This document shows, piece by piece, positions 19,333-29,056 of a stretch of 64,000 bases of DNA. This DNA comes from an uncultured Rikenellaceae bacterium (GTDB taxonomy: Bacteria; Bacteroidota; Bacteroidia; Bacteroidales; VadinHA17), in the NCBI GenBank assembly GCA_964446825.1, contig CAYUQR010000004.1:22828-86827 (forward strand). Direction: 5' to 3'. Every line of letters begins with the position of its first letter. Position 1 is the first letter of the stretch. Below the pieces are notes generated by a model, which searched no databases, was not told where the DNA came from, and saw only the letters and a program-made list of their open reading frames with translations. Made by a program: the position numbers and the translations under genes.

Positions 19333-20123
19333 AAATTATAATGGATAAAAAAATTGTACATGACCTGGAAAAATGGTTCACCAGCTATGTAATGACATTT
19401 AAATATGACAACAATGAATTACAGCGCAACATAGATATTAAGAGAGAACACACAGAAAGGGTAACTGAAGAAATTATTAATATTGGAAAAAAGCTCGGAT
19501 TAAATGATAATGAGTTGAATCTGGCTGAAATAATTGCCCTGTTTCATGATATTGGCCGGTTTGAACAATATAACCAATATAAAACATTTTCTGACAATAA
19601 ATCGGAGAATCATGCTGAACTGGGGATTAAGATTCTAAAAAAATACAATGTATTGGGCATATTAGATAAAGAAATTCAGAATCTGATTTTATGCTCAATA
19701 AGATATCATAACCGTCCTTCAGTGCCCTTGGAAGAAACAGAAATATGCCTCTTTTATTCCAGGCTTATCCGTGATGCAGATAAACTGGACATCTGGAAAG
19801 TAGTCACCGATTATTATCACAGAAAAAACGGACATCGAAATGTCGCCCTCGAACTTGAATTACCTGACACGCCGGGAATCTCTAAAAAAGTTTATAATGC
19901 ACTCATGAACAGGCAGTTTGTTGAGATGAAACATGTTAAGAACATTAACGATATCAAATTACTCCAGGCAGGATGGATTTATGACATCAACTTTGAACCA
20001 ACATTCTATCTTATTAAAGAACGTCGTTACCTTGAAAAGATCAGGGAGGTATTGCCTGAAACGACTGAAATTAATGAAATTTTCGATTCCATCTTTCGCT
20101 CTTTAAATAGTTACTTTCACTAA
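19329..20123 (+). CDS. HD-domain phosphohydrolase
   Basis: EHTERV, LFHDIGR, IRYHN, RDADKLD. Confidence 0.9.
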   Translation: MKIIMDKKIVHDLEKWFTSYVMTFKYDNNELQRNIDIKREHTERVTEEIINIGKKLGLNDNELNLAEIIALFHDIGRFEQYNQYKTFSDNKSENHAELGIKILKKYNVLGILDKEIQNLILCSIRYHNRPSVPLEETEICLFYSRLIRDADKLDIWKVVTDYYHRKNGHRNVALELELPDTPGISKKVYNALMNRQFVEMKHVKNINDIKLLQAGWIYDINFEPTFYLIKERRYLEKIREVLPETTEINEIFDSIFRSLNSYFH

Positions 20124-20132
20124 AAATGTTAA

Positions 20133-20258
20133 ATGAAGATTAGCAATACGTCAAAATCAGAAAAAATGCCGGATTTTGCTTTCAGAATGATGTCATTGAT
20201 ACATGATAACCCACTTCTGTGGATATTTAAGGAAGATTATTACACATGTGCTGAATAG
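20133..20258 (+). pseudogene. N-terminal remnant, probably of a SAM-dependent methyltransferase
   Basis: MPDFAFRMMSLIHDNPLLWIFK, then reads into an unrelated fragment and stops. Confidence 0.4.
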
Positions 20259-20293
20259 TGTTGCGGGTTTACCAGTTCGCGATATTTTGCACA
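20240..20293 (-). pseudogene. 3' remnant of a uracil-DNA glycosylase gene
   Basis: Encodes KYRELVNPQHYSAHV*, matching KYRELVNPDHYSAHM* of 23780..24367. Confidence 0.8.
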
Positions 20294-20304
20294 ACCGGAA
20301 GTAA

Positions 20305-20583
20305 GTGGAAATAAATATCAAACAATTAGGCCCACAGGAGCTGGCTGTTCTGAGAAAGGAAATTCAATCAGCATTTGATGAGATAAAATCAAAATACGGA
20401 CTTTCTCAACTCTCGCTTGGTAATATCCGGTTTGATTTACTGCGATTTGGAAAATCTTCGCTTTCGAGTCCCCATGCAAATAAGTCCGTACCGGTTAACA
20501 ATTCTATATCTATTTCAGATCAGGGCAGTTTAATTCGTGCACTCTTTTCCAAAGGTGGATTTTTACTTTTATATTTACAGTAA
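20305..20583 (+). CDS. Hypothetical ORF, probably chimeric
   Basis: First ~45 aa look globular (EIQSAFDEIKSKYG..LGNIRF); the rest looks non-native. Confidence 0.3.
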   Translation: MEINIKQLGPQELAVLRKEIQSAFDEIKSKYGLSQLSLGNIRFDLLRFGKSSLSSPHANKSVPVNNSISISDQGSLIRALFSKGGFLLLYLQ

Positions 20584-20601
20584 AATATCATAATCCCGAA
20601 A

Positions 20602-21045
20602 ATGACAGGAGAATCATTAAATATAATCAACAACCAGCTTGAAAAACTGAAAGAACTTTTCCCCGAAACGGTTACTGAAGGAAAAGTTGACTGGGAAAAG
20701 CTTCAGGCAACTCTCGGTAAAGAAAATATCGAATTTCTTAATGAGCGTTACGTGCTGAACTGGGCCGGGAAATCCGATGCGTTCAAAGTATTGCAACAGA
20801 CAACCACGGCAACACTGAAACCGGTACCCGACGAATCAGTAAATTTTAATACCACTGAAAATGTGTTCATTGAAGGTGAAAACCTCGAGGTTCTGAAAGT
20901 GTTGCAGAAGTCATATTACGGTAAAATAAAATGTATAATCAGCGACCCGCCATACAATACCGGCAACGACAGCTTTATTTACCCCGACAGGTTTAAAGAA
21001 AGCAGGGAAGATTATCAGAAAAGGGCTATAAATCAAAAGGAATAA
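20602..21045 (+). pseudogene. mod: Type III R-M Mod subunit, N-terminal fragment
   Basis: LFPETVTEGKVDWEKL, LNWAGKS, IEGENLEVLK, DPPYNTG, then truncated. Confidence 0.9.
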
Positions 21046-22010
21046 AGGTTCTTTCACTTTTCTTTATCGACAGAGTGAAAAATTACAGGGAATATGATAC
21101 TGACGGGAATCCGGTCAAAGGTAAATTTGCACGATGGTTTGAGGAAATTTACACGAATGAGATTTCCAAACCCGCATTTAGAGACATAACCCGTAATTCA
21201 ATAGATGATATACACAACGGTTATTTTTCAAGCGATAATAAAGGGAGACTAAAAGATACCGGCGATGAAACTCAGCTTGATGAAACAAAAAATCCGCTTA
21301 TAAGATCAACCAGGGAAAAAGTGCTGATAACAGATGAAGGAGTCAGCGGTCAGCTTCTGAGCGACAGTGCAGATAACGGGTACACGGGCAGATTTGAAAT
21401 CCCTGATATTCTTTCATATATACAAAGCAAAACTGAGCTGACGCGTAATACCATATTTGAAATTTTGAAGAGAGCAAACCGGCTCAATGAGGCATTTATT
21501 AACCCGCAGTTATTTATGGATAATGCCGTTCTGAAAATAAGAGAAGAATTGCACCGGATGATGATTGAAGGCATAAAATATGAAAAATTCGGCGATAAGG
21601 TTTACGAAATGACATTATTCGATGATAGTGACCTGGAAATTTATATTGATAATTTCACTCATATAGTCAGGGATAGTTCCAAAACTATTTATAATAATTA
21701 TATTCCTCTCGACAGCAGCGTAGAAAACCGTTTTGCTATGGACTGCGAAAGCAGCGAACAGGTTGAGTTTTATTTTAAAATCCCCTACCGGTTTGAAATT
21801 AATACCCCTATAGGAAGGTATCGTCCCGACTGGGCCGTTGTTTTTAAGGGTGAAAAGAAAATATATTTTGTTGCCGAGACAAAATCTGCCGGAGAGGAAT
21901 TAAGAGAGAGCGAAAAACTAAAAATAGCATGTGGAACAGCACATTTTAAAGATTTTGACGATGTAGTTTATAAAAGAGTATCAACTGTTACTGACTTGAA
22001 AAATTTATAA
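21027..22010 (+). pseudogene. res: Type III R-M Res subunit remnant with internal deletion
   Basis: KGIKVLSLFFIDRVKNYR, HNGYFSSD, C-terminal YRPDWAVV..VAETK nuclease; no helicase motifs. Confidence 0.85.
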
Positions 22011-22043
22011 ACGGCTTGTAAAAAATTTTAACGAATCACAAAA

Positions 22044-23018
22044 ATGACAGATAAGATTTTGGAAGTCCAGGGCCTGAAAAAATCCTACAACGGCTTTGTT
22101 GCAGTAAACGGTATCAGTTTCCATGTGAACAGGGCTGAAATATTTGGTTTTTTAGGACCGAATGGCGCCGGAAAAACCACTACAATCAACATGCTGATTG
22201 GCATGGCAAAAATTTCGGAAGGCAGAATATTTTACAAGGGTAAAGACTTGACGGACAATATAAAAAAGGCACAGGAAATTATCGGTGTTGTCCCCGATGA
22301 GAGCAATTTGTATAATGAGATGAACGGTTTTGATAACCTCTGCTTTTGTGGCGCTCTCTACGGATTATCCAAACCGGGAAGAGAAGAGAAAGCACATAGG
22401 TTATTGGAATTATTCGGGCTGAAAGATGCAGCCGGTAAGAAATTCATGGCCTATTCCAAAGGGATGAAGCGCAAGCTGACTATTGCCGCCGCCCTTATCC
22501 ATGAACCTGAAATATTGTTTCTTGACGAACCCACCACCGGCATTGATGTGGCAAGTGTCAGACAGATTAGAAACCTTATTAAAGAGCTTAACGAAAATGG
22601 CACGACCATCTTCCTGACAACACATTATATTGAAGAAGCCGAACGCTTGTGCAACAGGGTTGCTTTTATTGACAAGGGTGAGATTATTCAAATAGACAGT
22701 GTCGAACAGTTGATAAAGGCAAGCAGGGAAACAAATATTATCGAAATCCATTTTGAACCTGTGAATAATGATAAAACCCGGTTACTGGAAAAGCTTAATG
22801 AGAAATTTCCGGGAATCGAATGTGTTTTTAAAAATGATAGCGCTATTAAAATAGTCAGTGCCAATAAAATTGATATTGCCCCGGTTGTAAACTACCTGTC
22901 AGCAGAAGGATTATTTATTTACGAAGCCAGGTTGATAAAACCCAGCCTTGAAGATGCTTTTGTAAAGGCAACAGGAATTGAAATTGATTTAATGAAAAAG
23001 GAGAAAGAGAAAAAATGA
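22044..23018 (+). CDS. ABC transporter ATP-binding protein (DrrA-like)
   Basis: GPNGAGKT, YSKGMKRK, FLDEPT, TTHY. Confidence 0.95.
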   Translation: MTDKILEVQGLKKSYNGFVAVNGISFHVNRAEIFGFLGPNGAGKTTTINMLIGMAKISEGRIFYKGKDLTDNIKKAQEIIGVVPDESNLYNEMNGFDNLCFCGALYGLSKPGREEKAHRLLELFGLKDAAGKKFMAYSKGMKRKLTIAAALIHEPEILFLDEPTTGIDVASVRQIRNLIKELNENGTTIFLTTHYIEEAERLCNRVAFIDKGEIIQIDSVEQLIKASRETNIIEIHFEPVNNDKTRLLEKLNEKFPGIECVFKNDSAIKIVSANKIDIAPVVNYLSAEGLFIYEARLIKPSLEDAFVKATGIEIDLMKKEKEKK

Positions 23019-23749
23019 AAAGTGCCATTGCATTTTGGAACATCCTGCTGAAAGACATGAAAAATTACTATCTGAAACCCCCTAATATCAGTTGGGGTAT
23101 TATTTTCCCTTTTGCATGGATGCTGATGATGTTTTTAAGAACCAAAACTGCATTCAACATAGAAGAAGTTTTTCCGGGAATTGTAGGTATGTCAATTCTT
23201 TTCGGTACGACTTCGATGCTATCGGTAACTATCACATTTGAAAGAAAGGCGCGTTCCTTCGAACGGTTATTATTAGCCCCAATCAGTATTGAATTGCTTA
23301 TAACTGCAAAAATTGCAGGAGCAATATTGTTTGGAATTTTTAACAGCATTGTGCCTGTTTTGTTTTCTGTTTTGTATTTTAAGGCTATTGTTGCCAATTG
23401 GGCTGTTTTGATTATCGGAATAATTCTTTTATCCATAATCTCAACATTACTCGGGCTATTCATATCTGTATCGGCAAAGGAAGTTTTTGAAGCACAAACC
23501 TATTCTAATTTTTTCAGGTTCCCCATGATTTTTCTTTGCGGACTGTTTATTCCGGTCTCTGCCCTACCCCTGATTATCCGGCCACTCTCCTATGTTTTAC
23601 CTGTCACATACGGGGTTGATGCCCTGCACCATGCAATTTCAGAAAACGGTTTTCTCCCCCTTAGCATTGATCTTACTATTCTTGTTGTTTCCTGTTTCCT
23701 GTTGTTTTTTATCAGCATTTATAATATCCGGAGGAAATGGATAATATAA
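23015..23749 (+). CDS. ABC-2 type permease
   Basis: Six hydrophobic segments, FERLLLAP, PMIFLCG.F.P, LPVTYGVDALH. Confidence 0.9.
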   Translation: MKSAIAFWNILLKDMKNYYLKPPNISWGIIFPFAWMLMMFLRTKTAFNIEEVFPGIVGMSILFGTTSMLSVTITFERKARSFERLLLAPISIELLITAKIAGAILFGIFNSIVPVLFSVLYFKAIVANWAVLIIGIILLSIISTLLGLFISVSAKEVFEAQTYSNFFRFPMIFLCGLFIPVSALPLIIRPLSYVLPVTYGVDALHHAISENGFLPLSIDLTILVVSCFLLFFISIYNIRRKWII

Positions 23750-23779
23750 AAATGGCTGCAATATTGCGCGGGTTGTTTG

Positions 23780-24367
23780 TCACATGTGTGCCGAATAATG
23801 ATCGGGATTTACCAGCTCGCGGTATTTGATAACAATTTTTTTAAAGTCCTCCCAGGTATCGCGTTTTAACGAAGGGTCGCGCAAGAGGGCAGCAGGGTGA
23901 TAAACCGGCATTGCCAGACGTTCATGCCATATTATCCAGTTGCCTCGTTCATGAGTGATCTTTCTATCCTGTCCTATCATGTATTTTAATGCCGTGGCCC
24001 CAAGCAATATTAATATTTTCGGATTAATAAGTTCAATCTGTTTTAAGAGCCAGGGCATACAAACGGCTGCTTCCTCCGGTGTGGGCACCCTGTTTTCAGG
24101 AGGTCTGCATTTTACGATATTACTGATAAACACATGTTCGCTTCGGGTAAACCCGCAGGCAGCCAGTATCTTGTCGAGCAACTGCCCCGATTTACCCACA
24201 AACGGTCTTCCCTGCAAATCTTCATCCCTGCCGGGGGCTTCACCAATAATAAATATTCCGCCATTTACATTTCCTTCTCCAAAAATAACATGCTGACGTG
24301 ACTGTGCCAATTCACATTTTGTGCACTTGAGAACTTCTTCCTTTAATAGTTCAAATCCTGAATTCAT
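23780..24367 (-). CDS. Uracil-DNA glycosylase family 4 (Fe-S)
   Basis: CTKCEL, GEAPGRDED, NIVKCRPPENR, HPAALLR. Confidence 0.95.
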   Translation of the reverse strand: MNSGFELLKEEVLKCTKCELAQSRQHVIFGEGNVNGGIFIIGEAPGRDEDLQGRPFVGKSGQLLDKILAACGFTRSEHVFISNIVKCRPPENRVPTPEEAAVCMPWLLKQIELINPKILILLGATALKYMIGQDRKITHERGNWIIWHERLAMPVYHPAALLRDPSLKRDTWEDFKKIVIKYRELVNPDHYSAHM

Positions 24368-24439
24368 TACAATAAGATTAAATCACAAAATATCGTTTAT
24401 TATTTTTTATCCTCCGCGAGGCATTAAAAAAAATATGGA

Positions 24440-24560
24440 TCACTTTATTTCAAATGGTATCTTCAAAGATACTGAAACATTTCTGCCCTGATTGTAATAA
24501 TTCAAAGGCTTAAGCGTGGAAAGATGATCATAATATTTTGTGCCAAATAGATTATGTGCC
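24440..24560 (-). pseudogene. C-terminal remnant of a second TonB-dependent receptor
   Basis: Hand translation NLFGTKYYDHLSTLKPLNYYNQGRNVSVSLKIPFEIK*, directly after the stop of the intact receptor. Confidence 0.7.
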
Positions 24561-27008
24561 TCAGGGGTTCATTCTCCCTCCCCGCCACCTGCGACGCTCC
24601 CTGTTTGGTTTTGAGTTTTGATATTCGGATCGCTTAAGGCGGGGTAGTTCATTCCCGATTTTAATACCGAAATAAACAGTTCGGGGCGATACCGGTCCAT
24701 AAATATATGCCGGATCACGGTCAATACCTGAATCAAAATCCGACTGGAAAGAATTGAATATGTTTTTTATTCCGGTAAAGAGCTGTAAAGAAGCGCCATT
24801 AAGTTTTATATCGTAGTGAATTTTACTTCCCAGATCGAAAAACGGATCAGACTTTCTTAATTCTCCGATATCAGTATCAGTCAAAGGGCCGAAATATGGT
24901 ACCAGCATCCTGCCTGTATAAGTTCCTGTAGCAGAAAGACCTGCATTGTTAACAAAATTCCAGTCAATATTAAAATAACCATAATCGGAAGGAGTACGGA
25001 AGAATTCTTTCCTGGCAAATTGCTGAGGTACATCATACATACTGGACTGAAAAGTAAAACCTGATGTTAAAGAAAAATCCTTCAAAGACCTAAGCTTTAG
25101 TTCCATGTTTATGCCTTTGACGACGGCCCCATTTTCTGTATTCTTTCTGGTATATAAAACTTTACCATTCTCATCCGGAACTCCTATTTCATTAACAAAA
25201 GGGTTTTGCAGTCTGGTATAGAATCCTTCAATTAAAAGTCCGGTTGTAACACTGCCGATAAGCTTGTTGAAATCAAGAGAAGCCATTATACTATGGCTGG
25301 TTTCCTGTTTAAGGGCAGGATCATTTACATTGATGACCTGTCGTGAACCTGATGTTTCAATATGCAGATCTTCATCAAATATCTGTGGAGCCCTGTAACC
25401 ATGTGAATAGCTTACCCGTGCCTGCAGTGAACTGAGAACTTCATACATCAGGCTTATACGAGGACTAAAAACATTACCATCTTTTGCTTCATTGTTTTTT
25501 GCATGGTCAACTATGCTGTAATGATCAAATCTTCCCCCGAGTCCGACTTTTAACCTGTTTATTTTCAGGTCATACTGAAGAAAAGCGCCTGTTGAGACCG
25601 ATGACTGGTCAGAAACCAATATGTTGTCAGTATGCGGGACACTGATTATTGAGTCATTGACAATTACAGCATTGGCATAGTCGGGATATCCCAGTTTCTC
25701 ATCTTTCAGATAATCTCCTGTATTTTCAATGCCTGCAATGAAGGAAGAAATTCCAAAGAAAGCTTTATATTGTATGCCGGTATTATATGTCAGCCCTTCG
25801 GAACTGCCATAATCTTTAAGCGACCGGTTGGCCCCGTAGTATGAATTACGCATGATATGCTGTGCGGAAAAGAATACAGATAAAAGATCATAATCCCGAA
25901 AATATTGCTCATAAGTTATCGCACCGGTTTTAAGGTCGTGTTTTATGGCTTCTGCCACATCCCTTTCATGCAATGGATACTCCTGTCTGTTTCCCCCGTT
26001 TCGTTCCTCCTTAATATTGAAGAAGTCGATGGAAATCTTACTCCGGAAGCCAAATCTGTGAAAGAATTGTGTCCCTATTGTCTGATTATTCATTGGCGAT
26101 ATTTCGGAATAACCATCGTTATTGGCATCTAACATTTTTCTTTCACGCGTAAATCCATAAAGAGCCATGCCGGTTTTGCTGTCGTCAGAAACAATCGATG
26201 TATTCAGGTTAACAGAGTAATCAGGTGCAACGCCTCCCGATCCTTTTAATCCAATACCTGTCAGCCCTGTATTAATGCCGGCTCCATAAGAGTTCGAGGT
26301 CGGTTCTTTCAAAATTATATTTATTGTGCCGGCAATAGCATTGCTGCCATAAAGAGCAGAACCTCCACCTCTTACAACTTCAATACGCTCTATCATGTTG
26401 GTGGGAATAAGTTCAAGACCATAAACACCGGCAAGACCGCTGAATATCGGATGACTATTAATGAGTATCTGTGAATAAGGGCCCTCCATCCCGTTCATCC
26501 TGACCTGTGAAAAACCACAGTTCTGGCAATCATTTTCAATTCTGATTCCCGGAGAAAAGCTCAATCCTTCGCTTAATGTTACTGACTGGGCAGAAGAAAA
26601 GAGCTTGGGAGAGAGAGTATTCACTATTGTGACTGATTCTGTCCTCTTCATCTCGCTTCTGTCGCCCGTTACAACAACCTCCTCAAGACCAAGAATATCC
26701 TGCTCGAGGTCAAAATTGATTTCCAGTGTTTCTCCTGCCTTGATCATAACCTCTTTTTCTGATGGTTTAAAACCTACATATCGGGCAACGAGCGTGTGAG
26801 TTCCTGCAGGTAAATTAATCAGTTGATAATGGCCCGTTTCGTCTGTATTAACGCCCATTGTCGTTCCCTTTATGCTGACCGTTGCAAAAGGGATATGGGT
26901 ATTGTTGCCTTTTACATGGCCAAAAATATTTGCATCTGTTTTTTTCTGAGAGTAAAGTATTGTTGTATTAAGAATAAGGACACATAACATCCATATATAT
27001 ATTTTCAT
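24561..27008 (-). CDS. TonB-dependent receptor with N-terminal carboxypeptidase-regulatory-like domain
   Basis: Signal peptide, EEVVVTG, plug ENDCQNCG..GMEGPYSQILIN, IERIEVVRGGGSALYG. Confidence 0.95.
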   Translation of the reverse strand: MKIYIWMLCVLILNTTILYSQKKTDANIFGHVKGNNTHIPFATVSIKGTTMGVNTDETGHYQLINLPAGTHTLVARYVGFKPSEKEVMIKAGETLEINFDLEQDILGLEEVVVTGDRSEMKRTESVTIVNTLSPKLFSSAQSVTLSEGLSFSPGIRIENDCQNCGFSQVRMNGMEGPYSQILINSHPIFSGLAGVYGLELIPTNMIERIEVVRGGGSALYGSNAIAGTINIILKEPTSNSYGAGINTGLTGIGLKGSGGVAPDYSVNLNTSIVSDDSKTGMALYGFTRERKMLDANNDGYSEISPMNNQTIGTQFFHRFGFRSKISIDFFNIKEERNGGNRQEYPLHERDVAEAIKHDLKTGAITYEQYFRDYDLLSVFFSAQHIMRNSYYGANRSLKDYGSSEGLTYNTGIQYKAFFGISSFIAGIENTGDYLKDEKLGYPDYANAVIVNDSIISVPHTDNILVSDQSSVSTGAFLQYDLKINRLKVGLGGRFDHYSIVDHAKNNEAKDGNVFSPRISLMYEVLSSLQARVSYSHGYRAPQIFDEDLHIETSGSRQVINVNDPALKQETSHSIMASLDFNKLIGSVTTGLLIEGFYTRLQNPFVNEIGVPDENGKVLYTRKNTENGAVVKGINMELKLRSLKDFSLTSGFTFQSSMYDVPQQFARKEFFRTPSDYGYFNIDWNFVNNAGLSATGTYTGRMLVPYFGPLTDTDIGELRKSDPFFDLGSKIHYDIKLNGASLQLFTGIKNIFNSFQSDFDSGIDRDPAYIYGPVSPRTVYFGIKIGNELPRLKRSEYQNSKPNRERRRWRGGRMNP

Positions 27009-27109
27009 TATAATAAGTTTAAATATTACACAATATGATTAACATGCAGGGAAACACTGCCCGCATGCAAAGAGAAATCTGTAATTCTCTGAAAAGTCTG
27101 ATTGTGCAA

Positions 27110-27478
27110 TTATGAAGTTGGCGCCCTCGGGCGGTGAGGAGAGTAACTATATAAAGAAAAATAAAGATTTGTATCAGGGATGAGAATTCTGATATTTAAA
27201 GCCTTTCGAAAAATCGCAATTCCCCAAAATATTAAGAGAGCAGTGGCAATAAAATGCGAAATGAAATGTATCAGAAGAAATCCATCATTTGAATGGTTGT
27301 GATTAACCGGAATATTTCCTGAGTGAGATTTAAATGGGTGTGAATGAACAATAGTAACACCATCAACTATATGAGTATGAGGGAAAAATGTAACACTCCC
27401 GAAATACCCCAGAAAGAGTATTAAAAGGAAATAACCTGTTATTTTCTTATATATCCGTTTTAAGCCGTCTAACTTCAT
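27110..27478 (-). CDS. His-rich small membrane protein upstream of the TonB receptor
   Basis: HTHIVDGVTIVHSHPF..HNHS between two hydrophobic helices; C-terminal RAP motif. Confidence 0.75.
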   Translation of the reverse strand: MKLDGLKRIYKKITGYFLLILFLGYFGSVTFFPHTHIVDGVTIVHSHPFKSHSGNIPVNHNHSNDGFLLIHFISHFIATALLIFWGIAIFRKALNIRILIPDTNLYFSLYSYSPHRPRAPTS

Positions 27479-27601
27479 TTTAAATAATGAAAACCTGTCG
27501 TAAATATAACATTTTTTCGATTGTGTTTCTGCGCTTCAGACAAACAATGCGAAGCAAAAACATATAAATAGTATTTCTGACATTAACACAAGCATCAACT
27601 T

Positions 27602-27624
27602 TTATTTAAAATTAGTCTAAATAA
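27602..27624. promoter_or_regulatory. Fur-type box candidate TTATTTAAA-N5-TCTAAATAA
   Basis: 9-5-9 palindrome with one mismatch, upstream of the His-rich/TBDR operon. Confidence 0.55.
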
Positions 27625-27631
27625 TTTTTAA

Positions 27632-27647
27632 ATGAACAAATGTTCAT
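27632..27647. promoter_or_regulatory. Operator ATGAAC-AAAT-GTTCAT
   Basis: Perfect arms; 7 bp from the Fur-type box, as at 18130/18160. Confidence 0.8.
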
Positions 27648-27718
27648 TTAAATTTGTTTATTATATTTAAAAGATTACATCACACCGCATTATCAGGTCA
27701 CTAATGGAGGAATTTAAG

Positions 27719-27802
27719 ATGGAAAAACCAATCAACTTATTCAATGATTCAGGCTGGGAAGATGCGCAGGAGTATTCGGCCGGGACAAGAAAAAAAATTT
27801 AG
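27719..27802 (+). pseudogene. 27-aa N-terminal remnant, possibly of a cupin-type protein
   Basis: GGAGG upstream; MEKPINLFNDSGWEDAQEYSAGTRKKI* abuts the next gene. Confidence 0.45.
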
Positions 27803-27805
27803 ATT

Positions 27806-28312
27806 ATGGAAAAATATTTAGTTGCATCATCAGGTGATACATTGGATTCAAAAGTATCAGGCAGATTCGGTCATTCCGGATATTTCATGATAATTGATCC
27901 GCTTACCATGGAGTATGAAACTTTCACAGGGGTAAGTACTGATGAAGATCAAAACATCGGGAAATTTATTACCCCGGCTGTAAAAAAGGTTATTGTCGGT
28001 AATATCGGTCCGTCATCATACAGCGAGGTATTATCTTACGGCTGTAAAGTTTACCTGTGCCGTAATATGTCTGTTAATGAGGCAGTAAGAAAAGTTAAGA
28101 ATGATGAAGTTCCGATATTGAAAGAGCCGACATTAAAAGATAGTATTCATTCAGCCCGTAAAGCAGGCGACGTCGATGGCGGACGTGGAGCAGGAAGGGG
28201 CATGGGTACCGGACAAAGAGATGGCAGAGGCAGAGGCACGGGTGGAGGACAAGGAAGTGAGATGGGAAGAGGAATGGGTGGTGGAAGAGGCATGGGAAAA
28301 AGAGGTAAATGA
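27806..28312 (+). CDS. NifB/NifX-family protein with Gly/Arg/Met-rich tail
   Basis: RFGHSGYFMIID, VGNIGP, tail GRGAGRGMGTGQRDGRG. Confidence 0.85.
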   Translation: MEKYLVASSGDTLDSKVSGRFGHSGYFMIIDPLTMEYETFTGVSTDEDQNIGKFITPAVKKVIVGNIGPSSYSEVLSYGCKVYLCRNMSVNEAVRKVKNDEVPILKEPTLKDSIHSARKAGDVDGGRGAGRGMGTGQRDGRGRGTGGGQGSEMGRGMGGGRGMGKRGK

Positions 28313-28373
28313 TATCAAATTAATAGCATGCCTATTGCAGTTTTGTGCATTTAAGTACCTCTTCCTTTAATAT

Positions 28374-28673
28374 TTAGATCTTAGAATTCATTACAAAAGC
28401 TTCATCGCCGCTTGTAGCGATCATGGCAGTAACCAGTGCCCCAAATGAGACCAGGTGGTGCGTGAACAGGGCCACAACGGTGAATGCCCCAAGGCATCCG
28501 GGTATTGCCCCCAATAGTCCGGCAATTATATACTACTTCCATTTGTTTCCGGTGAGATGCTTTTGCCATACTCCTTTTGATTGAACATTTATATATTCAA
28601 TCACCAGCATCATGATAAATACAAACCCGGATATCATGATGGATTGTAAGAACATTTTATAAATTACTTCCAT
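28374..28673 (-). pseudogene. Putative manganese/heavy-metal permease fragment
   Basis: Hand translation MMLVIEYINV..K*YIIAGLLGAIPGCLGAF..TAMIATSGDEAFVM; in-frame TAG at 28533..28535, then truncated. Confidence 0.75.
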
Positions 28674-29056
28674 AATACTTATTATTCAAAAATATTATTA
28701 ACTACTTTACGAAATTAAATCACAGAATATTCTTTAGTTTAGGAATACCTAAACTTATAAATAAAAGAGATTTGCTAATGTTTTTTGTTCTTCTGTCAAC
28801 AAAATTATTTTTTAGACTTCTTCTTTAAGAGTTGGCATTTTAACTTTAATGGAAGAAATAGTTTTGCGATTTCAAGAGCCTCCTACTGGAATGGTAAACA
28901 TCCCTATTCTATGATTAAATCTATGTAATTTTATAAAAAACAGTTATTTCTATTCAAATATATTTATTTTTATGCAATATATTCAAAATATAACTATATT
29001 TATGCAACATAATTTATTCTTATGCAAGAAGATAAAAATTTAAACTTATTTAATAT

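Noticed and set aside
28533-28535. Recoded stop in the permease
   Set aside because: It is TAG in a gene that is also truncated; simple nonsense decay is more likely
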